IMG/VR virus record: IMGVR_UViG_3300010885_029461
Location: 2,991 to 66,990 of that record
DNA length: 64,000 nt
Source: a virus
Lineage: Duplodnaviria; Caudoviricetes
Direction: 5' to 3' (one strand)
Shown here: piece by piece, positions 9,405-18,071 of the stretch
Layout: each line of letters starts with the position of its first letter
Position numbering within the stretch: position 1 is the stretch's first letter
The notes under the pieces: generated by a model
What the model saw: only the letters and a program-made list of their open reading frames with translations
The model's database searches: none
Told to the model about the DNA's origin: nothing
Made by a program: the position numbers and the translations under genes

Positions 9405-10388
9405 ATGTATAACAAGAGAAATATTTTAATTACTGGGGGATTAGGTTTTATAGGAACCCATTGCATTAAAAAATGGGTTAAAGAAAATTACGATGTATAT
9501 ATAATTGATAATTTATCAACTAATGCAATATCTATCGCACATGCGCTCGAACTAGGGGCCAAACATATATATAATAAAGATATTCTAGAGATGAAGTGGG
9601 AGGAATTTAATATCAAGTTCGATATAATTTTACATCTAGCGTCCCCAGTTGGACCAGTTGGAGTTTTAAAACATTCAGGCAATATGGCTAAATTAATTTT
9701 AGATGATATCTATTGGGCTATCGAAGGTGCTAAAATTAATAATTGTCCGCTACTATTTGTATCGACATCGGAGATATATGGATATAGAGCATCTAAGACC
9801 TATTTGAGAGAAGAAGATGATAAAGTTTTACATGGGGAATTTACTGTTAGAAATGAATACGCAATGGCTAAACTTTTAGCCGAAATTGTATTAAAAAATA
9901 ACAGTAGAATATATCCGAAATTAAAATATCAAATTATACGACCATTTAATGTAACAGGAGCATACCAATTACCTGATGGCGGATTTGTACTGCCAAGATT
10001 TGTTCAACAGGCATTAACAGAGGATGATATAACAGTTTATTATTCTGGGGAACAGAATAGAGCATTTACATGGGTAACAGATATTGTTGAGGGTATTTTT
10101 CTTACATCAATAGCAAATAAACAATTGTGGAATGAGGAATGGAATATAGGGAATGCGGAAAACGAAAATACTATCTTACATCTTGCCCAAAAAGTTAAAG
10201 AGATAACCAATAGTAAATCAAAAATAGTTAACGTTGATCCTATAAAATTACATGGCCCACTTTTTACAGAAGCCCCAGAAAAAATTCCCAATAGCGAGAA
10301 AATAATGAAGTTGTTGCATTGGAAAGGTACGAAAAACACAGACGATGTTATCGAAGAAGTAGTCGAATTTTATAAAAATAATGAATAA
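9405..10388 (+). CDS. NAD-dependent sugar epimerase/dehydratase (UDP-glucuronate decarboxylase-like)
   Basis: ITGGLGFIG, HLASP, STSEIYG, YAMAK, RPFNVTG, RAFTWVTD. Confidence 0.85.
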   Translation: MYNKRNILITGGLGFIGTHCIKKWVKENYDVYIIDNLSTNAISIAHALELGAKHIYNKDILEMKWEEFNIKFDIILHLASPVGPVGVLKHSGNMAKLILDDIYWAIEGAKINNCPLLFVSTSEIYGYRASKTYLREEDDKVLHGEFTVRNEYAMAKLLAEIVLKNNSRIYPKLKYQIIRPFNVTGAYQLPDGGFVLPRFVQQALTEDDITVYYSGEQNRAFTWVTDIVEGIFLTSIANKQLWNEEWNIGNAENENTILHLAQKVKEITNSKSKIVNVDPIKLHGPLFTEAPEKIPNSEKIMKLLHWKGTKNTDDVIEEVVEFYKNNE

Positions 10389-11115
10389 GAAAATAGGAAT
10401 CATAGGATATGGTGAGATAGGAAAATCTCTAGAAAAATGTTATCTAGGTAAAAAATTTGATATTTTTATCAAAGATATTAACATAGATGAAGGATTAGCG
10501 GACTGTGATATATTGAATGTATGTATCCCGTATTCTAATAATTTTGTAGAGGTGGTTTCCGATTACATTTTACAATTAAATCCTAAACTAACTATCATCC
10601 ACTCCACAGTTATACCAGGAACAACGCAAAAGATTATCATGCAAGCAAACACACACGATATTGTCCATAGTCCAGTAAGAGGAGTACATCCCAATCTATA
10701 TGAAGGGCTTAAAACATTTACTAAATATATCGGATCAGACCAACCCGAAGTTGCAGATAAGACGGCTCAACATTTCCAGCAAATAGGAATAAATGGAGTA
10801 ATAGTAAATAATTCAAAGATATCCGAATTAGCTAAAATACTATGTACTACATATTATGGAATGTGTATTGCATGGCACAACGATATCAATGAGCTATGTA
10901 AAGAATTAAATGTTGATTTTGAACAAGTTTCAACTACATGGAATACTTCATATAATGAAGGGTTCAAAGAATTAGGAATGGAAAATGTAGTAAGACCTGT
11001 TCTATATCCGCCAAAAGATAACAAAATTGGCGGACATTGTGTTATTCCAAATGCGGAACTATGTAAAGAATTTTTCAACTCTCCAATACTAGATTATATT
11101 TTAAAATTGAAATAA
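10381..11115 (+). CDS. short UDP-glucose/GDP-mannose dehydrogenase family protein (no C-terminal domain)
   Basis: GIIGYGEIG, STVIPGTT, ELAK, IGGHCV catalytic Cys; only 244 aa. Confidence 0.8.
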   Translation: MNKKIGIIGYGEIGKSLEKCYLGKKFDIFIKDINIDEGLADCDILNVCIPYSNNFVEVVSDYILQLNPKLTIIHSTVIPGTTQKIIMQANTHDIVHSPVRGVHPNLYEGLKTFTKYIGSDQPEVADKTAQHFQQIGINGVIVNNSKISELAKILCTTYYGMCIAWHNDINELCKELNVDFEQVSTTWNTSYNEGFKELGMENVVRPVLYPPKDNKIGGHCVIPNAELCKEFFNSPILDYILKLK

Positions 11116-11117
11116 AT

Positions 11118-12113
11118 ATGAAAATAGCATTCCACAGTTATCAACTCGGCGAAAGAGGAACAGAAATATGTCTGTATAAATATGCAAAATATAATAGGGA
11201 AATTCTAGGGAACGAATCTGTTATTATATCAACCTCATCTAGACCAATGCCGTCAGCAAACAGATTCAGAGAATTTGAAACGTTTGTATATCCTCAAGTA
11301 TGGAAAAATGACGGGAAGAACATAGAACTTAGAGATTCACTGGAACGTTTATGTGAAAAAGAAAAAGTCGATGTTTTTTATGCCATTAAAGGCGGAGAGG
11401 CTGACGGATTCATGCCAACAAATACACGAAGTTTAGCTCATTGTATTTTTAGAATGGATGAACCTCATGGAAACGTTTATGCGGGAGTATGTAAATATAT
11501 TTCGGATAAATATAACTCCATTCACCCATATGTTTATCATATCATAGAGAAAGAGGCTCCAGATGTTACTGATGATTTCCGCAAAGAATTGGGTATTCCA
11601 AGAGATGCGCTTGTAATAGGAAGACATGGAGGCAGAGATACGTTTAATTTGGAATTTGTTAAAGATGCTATACGTCAACATTTAAATGAAAACGTGCGAC
11701 AAGACATTTATTTTGTATTCCTGAATACACAGGAGTTTGTGCATCATGAACATGTCAAATACTTACCTTGGACCATGGACGAAGCCGCCAAGGCTAAGTT
11801 CGTAAATACATGCGATGTAATGCTCCATGCCCGATATGATGGAGAAATTTTTTCTCTTTCTACGGCAGAGTTCTCTATAAGAAACAAACCAATTATCACA
11901 TGGAAACCGGATATCATCCCCGCACACTATGATACCGGACATCTATTAACATTAGGAGATTTATGTTATACGTATAAACATACAGAAGATTTGAAATATT
12001 TACTGAAACATTTAGATAAAGACGTTTTTAGCCGTACAGACTGGAATATGTACGGTGACACATATTCTCCTAAAAATATTATGGATCAATTCAACACCGT
12101 TTTCTTAAAATAA
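11118..12113 (+). CDS. GT-B (GT4-like) glycosyltransferase
   Basis: ERGTE, FRKELGIP..ALVIGRHGG, CDVMLHARYDGEIFSLSTAEF..KPIIT. Confidence 0.75.
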   Translation: MKIAFHSYQLGERGTEICLYKYAKYNREILGNESVIISTSSRPMPSANRFREFETFVYPQVWKNDGKNIELRDSLERLCEKEKVDVFYAIKGGEADGFMPTNTRSLAHCIFRMDEPHGNVYAGVCKYISDKYNSIHPYVYHIIEKEAPDVTDDFRKELGIPRDALVIGRHGGRDTFNLEFVKDAIRQHLNENVRQDIYFVFLNTQEFVHHEHVKYLPWTMDEAAKAKFVNTCDVMLHARYDGEIFSLSTAEFSIRNKPIITWKPDIIPAHYDTGHLLTLGDLCYTYKHTEDLKYLLKHLDKDVFSRTDWNMYGDTYSPKNIMDQFNTVFLK

Positions 12114-12145
12114 TGAATAGTTGGTCTAATCTACACTTAAAATGA
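12113..12145 (+). other. 10-codon minigene (MNSWSNLHLK*) bridging two genes
   Basis: Starts within the upstream stop (TAATG) and ends within the downstream start (ATGA). Confidence 0.5.
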
Positions 12146-13089
12146 TAATATCTTGTTGTCCATTAAGAATTTCCTTGGTTGGAGGAGGGTCAGACCATCC
12201 TTATTTTATAGAGAAATATAAAAGAGGTTCGGTTATATCATTTACATCTAACTTAAAGGTATATGTTACGCTACATAAAGATATCGCGGGCATTAACTAT
12301 ACTGACAAAAAATTTATAATAAATTATTCCCAAAGAGAAGAAGTCGAGAACATCAATGATATACGTAATGATATAGTTAGAAAAGTACTTCAATATTTCG
12401 ATATTGATTATACATTAACCATAAGTCTAACATCTGATATTTCATCTAGTGGGTCAGGTCTAGCATCATCTAGTGCGTATATTTTAGCCCTAATAAGTGC
12501 ATTAAATTTCCAAAATAATTGGAATTTATCAGAATTCGAAGTATGTAAAATCGGTTTCAATATAGAAAAATCGATAAATCCTCTAGTAGGTCAACAGGAT
12601 TTATTTGGGTCACTGGAGGGAGGATTGAAAAGGATAGATTTTAGTTTAGATTCCGACCCGTCAATAACCATTCTGCCTCCGATATTTGATAACGAAAATA
12701 TATATCTAATACATACAGGGATATGTAGAAATTCTACAAATATACTACATAATATTAATATAGATAATTCATTTGCATTATTGGAAGAAGTGTCAAATTT
12801 TGAAAAATATATAAAATCTGATAACATAAATAAAATATATAGTACAATTAATGATGCGTGGAAAATCAAAAAAACTACTTCGGATTTGATATGTGGCAAC
12901 GAATCGATTAAAGTCCTAGATAATATACTATCTTTGAATCCTAACATTTTTGCCCATAAATTATGTGGAGCAGGTAATGGGGGATATTTTCTGGTATTTG
13001 GTGATATATCCTCCATTCAACAACAAATAACAAATACCATTATACCTATATCAATAACAAACACAGGTATCAGCGTTAAAAAAATATGA
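12142..13089 (+). CDS. hddA: GHMP kinase, D-glycero-alpha-D-manno-heptose 7-phosphate kinase-like
   Basis: PLRISLVGGGSD, GSGLASSSA, VGQQD, KLCGAGNGGY. Confidence 0.85.
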   Translation: MIISCCPLRISLVGGGSDHPYFIEKYKRGSVISFTSNLKVYVTLHKDIAGINYTDKKFIINYSQREEVENINDIRNDIVRKVLQYFDIDYTLTISLTSDISSSGSGLASSSAYILALISALNFQNNWNLSEFEVCKIGFNIEKSINPLVGQQDLFGSLEGGLKRIDFSLDSDPSITILPPIFDNENIYLIHTGICRNSTNILHNINIDNSFALLEEVSNFEKYIKSDNINKIYSTINDAWKIKKTTSDLICGNESIKVLDNILSLNPNIFAHKLCGAGNGGYFLVFGDISSIQQQITNTIIPISITNTGISVKKI

Positions 13090-13586
13090 TCATAAATAAC
13101 TTAATATCACATATAAATCGTTTAGATTCTTCTAAGATAGAATCGTTAAATAAATATATATCCGCTCATAAAAACATAATAATTTTAGGAAATGGGGGTA
13201 GTTCGTCCATTGCTTCTCATATAGCACAGGATTACACTAAAGTATTAAAAAAAAGATGTTTAACTTTTTCCGATTCTTCGCGATTAACGTGTTATATAAA
13301 TGATTATGGACAGGAGTATGCATATTCTAAATTTTTAGAAGAGTTTTCGTACCCGACTACTTTAGTAATATTGATATCATCATCAGGTAATTCCAAAAAT
13401 ATAATAAATTGTGCAGAATTATGTGTGACAAAACAAATACCTTATATATTATTAACCGGATTTGATATGAATAATTTGCTTCGATCTAATTTTTCAGATA
13501 ATGCATGCTTAGAATTCTGGATAGACTCAGACTGCTATGGCACTGTAGAAACACTGCATCAAATTATTTTACACTCGGTATGTTGA
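13086..13586 (+). CDS. gmhA: SIS-domain phosphoheptose isomerase
   Basis: GNGGSSSIASH, NDYG, ISSSGNSKNI, LTGF, YGTVETLHQIILH. Confidence 0.85.
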   Translation: MIINNLISHINRLDSSKIESLNKYISAHKNIIILGNGGSSSIASHIAQDYTKVLKKRCLTFSDSSRLTCYINDYGQEYAYSKFLEEFSYPTTLVILISSSGNSKNIINCAELCVTKQIPYILLTGFDMNNLLRSNFSDNACLEFWIDSDCYGTVETLHQIILHSVC

Positions 13587-13628
13587 TATATACTTGCAAC
13601 ATAAAGATCACACACTAAATATTTTTAC

Positions 13629-14258
13629 ATGGAAATATTAGAACAAAAACACGGTAAATCGATGGACGAAGGGCATCTAGGAGGTTGGGCATTAGAAGGA
13701 GACGGAGGAACATATTATCCTGTAATGTGGGAACATTTAATTAATATATTTAATATTAAAAGTGTGTTGGATATAGGATGTGGAAGAGGATTTTCTACTA
13801 GATTCTTTAAAAGTCTAGGATGTAAAATTACTGGGATTGATGGCAGTATAAATGCAAAAAAACTAACTTTATTGGATTCAGATGAATTTTATCTCCATGA
13901 TTATAGTAAAGGAGAAACAGATATATCCGAATCATATGATTTATGCTGGACATGTGAATTTGTAGAACATGTTGATGCACAGTATATATCGAATTTTGTA
14001 AATGACTTTAAGAAATGTAAATATGTTGCTATGACTTTTGCAGCTATAGGACAAGGAGGACATCATCATGTGAATGAAAACACTCAAGAATATTGGGTTG
14101 ACATTCTCGAAAAAGCTGGATTCTCTTTTTCAGAACAATATACTAAACTATTTCGAGCACTAGCACTTGTGGATAAGAAAGATAGAGAAAACACCGCCAA
14201 TTGCCCTTTCTTTATATCTCATTTCGTAGAAAGAGGTCTTTTTTTTGAACGTAAATGA
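13629..14258 (+). CDS. class I SAM methyltransferase
   Basis: VLDIGCGRG, GIDGS, YDLCWTCEFVEH, GQGGHHHVNE. Confidence 0.85.
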   Translation: MEILEQKHGKSMDEGHLGGWALEGDGGTYYPVMWEHLINIFNIKSVLDIGCGRGFSTRFFKSLGCKITGIDGSINAKKLTLLDSDEFYLHDYSKGETDISESYDLCWTCEFVEHVDAQYISNFVNDFKKCKYVAMTFAAIGQGGHHHVNENTQEYWVDILEKAGFSFSEQYTKLFRALALVDKKDRENTANCPFFISHFVERGLFFERK

Positions 14259-14991
14259 ATATTGCTATATGTTTCAGTGGAGAATTACGTAGTTTAGATA
14301 AAACATATAAAAAATTATTTAAGCTATTATTATCGGATAAAACACATATATATGATTTATTTTATTTTGGTTGGACAGATGATAATGATATTGATAAAAT
14401 TAAATATTTTGACAGTACTGATTCACCCTTTATATATAAATTAGAAGATCGTATCACATTTAACATCGGAGATTTTTTTCCCAAACATTCAAATATTATA
14501 CAATATCAGAACATAATACGGCAATTATATTGTGTCAAAAGAGTAAATGATATGAAAATAGAAGCAGAGGTTGCAAAAAAAAAAAATATGATTTAGTAAT
14601 ACGTGTGCGCCCAGATTCATATCCTTTGAATGATCATGTTTTCCAATATGACTTATTTGACAAATCCAAAATACATGTCCTAAATCATGATAATTGGCAC
14701 GGTTTATGTGATAGGCTATATCTAGGTAACTCGTTAAATATGAATACAGTGTCGAATCGAATAGAAAATCTATTATTATATGATTCTTTGGGTGGAATTA
14801 ATCAATATGAAGGATTCTTGTTATTTATTATTTATTATTATGGTATAGAGGTAGAACATATTGACTATTTAGAAACCTGTCTACTTCGAACCAACGGGGA
14901 ACGAGTTGGAGAGTTGATACATATTGCAGATGGAACGATTACTCGTACATTAAATGGTATATGGCATAATAACTTGCAAGCATATATCTAA
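14255..14991 (+). pseudogene. putative glycosyltransferase split by a frameshift in an A12 run (ORFs 14255-14596 and 14605-14991)
   Basis: N-part MNIAICFSGELRS; after the A12 at 14575-14586 the -1 frame reads YDLVIRVRPD...HGLCDRLYLG; adding one A fuses the two ORFs. Confidence 0.75.
14575..14586 (+). repeat. A12 homopolymer at the frameshift site
   Basis: ttgc-AAAAAAAAAAAA-tatg counted directly. Confidence 0.9.
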
Positions 14992-15007
14992 TGTGCTAAT
15001 ATATCAT

Positions 15008-15733
15008 ATGATATATGCAATAGACCTAGATTCAACCTTGTGCTCTTCAACAAAATCAAAAACATACGAGGACTGTCAGCCTATTATCAACCGAATACAG
15101 TATATTAATGAATTACATGAACAAGGAAACTATATTAAAATATATACTGCCCGAGGAATGACTCGGCACAATGGGGATGTAGCAAAAGCATACGATGATT
15201 TATATATATTAACAAAAACTCAACTTAAAAAATGGAATATCCGATACGATATATTGATCATGGGTAAACCGTCATATGATGTTATCATAGATGATAAAGC
15301 TATAAACGACAATGACTTCTTTAAAAGGCAAATCATAAAGGGTATAATCGCTGGATCATTTGATATTCTTCATCCCGGTTACATCAAAATGTTCAATTAC
15401 GCACGAAAACACTGTGGATATCTTATAGTTGCGCTTCATATTGATCCATCGGAAGAACGACCCACCAAACATACTCCTATCTTATCTGTGGAAGATAGGT
15501 TTAATGCACTCATGTCTCTCAAATCAATAGATGAGGTGTACACCTATTCGAACGAAAATGATCTATATGAATTGCTTGTGCAAATAGATGCCGATGTGAG
15601 ATTTGTAGGCGATGATTACATAGATAAAGATTTCACTGGTAAAAATCTAACAAAAGATATCATCTATATTGATAGATCACATGGATGGAGTACGACCAAA
15701 TTTAAACAATTAATTTATGATTCAAAAAACTAA
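15008..15733 (+). CDS. bifunctional HAD phosphatase / cytidylyltransferase-family nucleotidyltransferase (start likely ATG 15008)
   Basis: N-domain IDLDSTLC, YTARGM, MGKP..D.IIDDKA; C-domain GSFDILHPGY, EDRF, RFVGDDY, WSTT. Confidence 0.8.
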   Translation: MIYAIDLDSTLCSSTKSKTYEDCQPIINRIQYINELHEQGNYIKIYTARGMTRHNGDVAKAYDDLYILTKTQLKKWNIRYDILIMGKPSYDVIIDDKAINDNDFFKRQIIKGIIAGSFDILHPGYIKMFNYARKHCGYLIVALHIDPSEERPTKHTPILSVEDRFNALMSLKSIDEVYTYSNENDLYELLVQIDADVRFVGDDYIDKDFTGKNLTKDIIYIDRSHGWSTTKFKQLIYDSKN

Positions 15734-16628
15734 AGTAATAGTAACGGGAGGGTGCGGGTTCATTGGTTCGCATTTAGTCGATAGATTAATCGATTTGTCG
15801 TATGATGTGCATGTCATCGATGATGAATCTGCTGAATCGAATGAAGTATTTTATCATAACTCTAAGGCGCATTATTATAAGATAGATATTGATGATCTAT
15901 CCGTGCATAATAGTTACCATAATCATATCTTCGCCAATGTTAATTTCATATTCCATATGGCAGCAGAATCGCGTATCGTACCCGCTATCAAAGACCCCGT
16001 TAAAGCCGCTACGACTAATGTAATCGGGACAGTCAAAGTATTAGAACTGGCTCGAAAACATAAAATACAACGAGTGATGTATTCGTCAACCTCATCTGTA
16101 TATGGGTTAAAATGTACTCTTCCTACAGACGAATTGACACAAATTGACTGTCTCAATCCGTACTCTTCGACAAAGTTCTGCGGGGAAGAAATGGTTAAAC
16201 TTTATAGTAAAATGTACGGGTTAGATACATGTATCTTTAGGTATTTCAATGTATATGGGGAACGATCCCCAACCAAAGGGCAGTATGCGCCTGTTATCGG
16301 GTTATTTCTGAAACAACGAGACGAGAATAAACCGTTAGTTATATTCGGAAATGGAGAAAAACGAAGAGATTTTGTTCATGTCCATGATGTAGTAGATGCT
16401 AATCTACTAGCTATGCAGCACCCAACCCCCATCTACGGAGAGATTTTCAATGTAGGGTCGGGTGTGAATTATTCTATTAATGAAATTGCATCATTTGTTA
16501 GTGATGATATCGAGTATAAAGATGCACGGGAAGGCGAAGCCGAAAATACGCTGGCAGATATTCATAAAATTCTTAATATATTAGGATTTGTTCCGAGATA
16601 TGAGGTAAAAAAATGGATTACCTTATAA
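15717..16628 (+). CDS. NAD-dependent epimerase (UDP-glucose 4-epimerase-like)
   Basis: VTGGCGFIGSH, SSTSSVYG, YSSTK, RYFNVYG, RDFVHVHD. Confidence 0.88.
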   Translation: MIQKTKVIVTGGCGFIGSHLVDRLIDLSYDVHVIDDESAESNEVFYHNSKAHYYKIDIDDLSVHNSYHNHIFANVNFIFHMAAESRIVPAIKDPVKAATTNVIGTVKVLELARKHKIQRVMYSSTSSVYGLKCTLPTDELTQIDCLNPYSSTKFCGEEMVKLYSKMYGLDTCIFRYFNVYGERSPTKGQYAPVIGLFLKQRDENKPLVIFGNGEKRRDFVHVHDVVDANLLAMQHPTPIYGEIFNVGSGVNYSINEIASFVSDDIEYKDAREGEAENTLADIHKILNILGFVPRYEVKKWITL

Positions 16629-16837
16629 TCAAAGATATGCGCACCGCTTTTTTTCTTTTCCGACGAACTTCGCTTAATAGATAGGACGGTGGAATGATGT
16701 TTGTAGCAGGTTTACATGAAATTGAATTTGAATATATACCTTTACGATTCGGATTATTACGAGATAATGGGGATTATGTTCCGCCTACTGGATAAAAAAA
16801 GTTGAAATATGACATATATATTCATATATAGTATATT

Positions 16838-17023
16838 ATGGCAATGACATCATCCGGCGTATTTGGTACCTCTAACTTTCATGATCCTCTCCGTGGGCCT
16901 GCTCCTACACAGACACCACCTGAACCCACTAACACAGATATTCTCCGTGAGAATATTGAAAAATTTATTAAGGGTGAAATTACTGCGGCCCAATTAGAAG
17001 TTATTAAGAAATCCCTCAGTTAA
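16838..17023 (+). CDS. hypothetical protein
   Basis: ORF preceded by TTGAAA at 16802 and an AT-rich -10 region. Confidence 0.6.
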   Translation: MAMTSSGVFGTSNFHDPLRGPAPTQTPPEPTNTDILRENIEKFIKGEITAAQLEVIKKSLS

Positions 17024-17026
17024 AGT

Positions 17027-17055
17027 TTGACCATTATCGCATCATATGATATAGT
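17027..17055 (+). promoter_or_regulatory. sigma70-type promoter TTGACC-17-TATAGT
   Basis: Near-consensus hexamers, 8 nt before ATG 17064. Confidence 0.7.
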
Positions 17056-17063
17056 ATGATACT

Positions 17064-18071
17064 ATGGGAGGAAAACTTTTACAATCTGTCTGGAATTTAC
17101 CAGAAAAACGACTATCAAATGACGAGTATTCATCATTCAAGTCTGCTGTTTCTGATAAATTATCTGAAATCTTTCCCAAGAGCGTTAGGATTGATTCTGC
17201 TCCTGCTATCCGTAGCAAGGAATCCCATGGGGATTTAGATATTATCTGCGGAGTTGATCATTATTTCAATTCAAAACAATTAATTGAAGATGCTTTTGGT
17301 GTGAAAGTTCATGCTAACTCCAATGTTTTATCATTTCCGGTAGATGGATTCCAAGTGGATATTACGTTTGTACCGATTGACGAATTTCAATCATCTATAG
17401 ACTATACGAGTTGGGGGGATGCTTCTAACTTAGTTGGTAGAATCGCACATAAATTTGGTTTACATCATGGACATGTGGGATTGTCATTTTGGATTCGTCA
17501 AGGTTTATTTGATAAATCATTGATGTTTCTTGATAATGATCATGTGATGGAAAAATTGATCCTTACGAGAGATTTTTCAATCATTCTGCCCCTGTTGGGA
17601 TTCGATTATGACCGTTGGAAACAAGGTTTTGATACGAATGAAGAAGTATATCATTGGGTTGCATCTTCTAAGTATTTCAATGCTGAAATTTTCGACTATG
17701 AAAGTTTGAACCATATCAATAGAGTTCGTAATAAAAAGCGAGCAATGTATGCAGGTTTTATTGAATGGTTGGAACAAAACAGTTGGAAGTATAATAGATA
17801 CGTTTTCCAACGTAGAGAATACTATCTTCCGATGTGGGTTATACAATTCCCTAACTTAAAACCATCAATTGAACACCATAAGGTAGAATATGAACAGAAT
17901 AAAAAGTTCAAAAACAAACTTAATGGTGAATTGGTAATGGAATTATTGGGTATTTCTAACGGAAAAGAAGTTGGACGTGTAATATCTGAAATGAAGAGAA
18001 TGTATAGCAAACAAAAATATATCAGCATGCCTCAAGAAGTAATCAATAACTTGATTCTGAGCCTTAAATAA
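17064..18071 (+). CDS. pol-beta-superfamily nucleotidyltransferase-like protein
   Basis: KESHGDLDII (DxD), FQVDITF third Asp; C-terminal LNGELVMELLGISNGKEVGRVI resembles the tail of CCA/polyA polymerases. Confidence 0.65.
   Translation: MGGKLLQSVWNLPEKRLSNDEYSSFKSAVSDKLSEIFPKSVRIDSAPAIRSKESHGDLDIICGVDHYFNSKQLIEDAFGVKVHANSNVLSFPVDGFQVDITFVPIDEFQSSIDYTSWGDASNLVGRIAHKFGLHHGHVGLSFWIRQGLFDKSLMFLDNDHVMEKLILTRDFSIILPLLGFDYDRWKQGFDTNEEVYHWVASSKYFNAEIFDYESLNHINRVRNKKRAMYAGFIEWLEQNSWKYNRYVFQRREYYLPMWVIQFPNLKPSIEHHKVEYEQNKKFKNKLNGELVMELLGISNGKEVGRVISEMKRMYSKQKYISMPQEVINNLILSLK

Noticed and set aside
9346-13254. A9 (about 9346) and A8 (about 13247) runs as additional phase-variation sites
   Set aside because: Reading frames are intact and such runs are expected in very AT-rich DNA.
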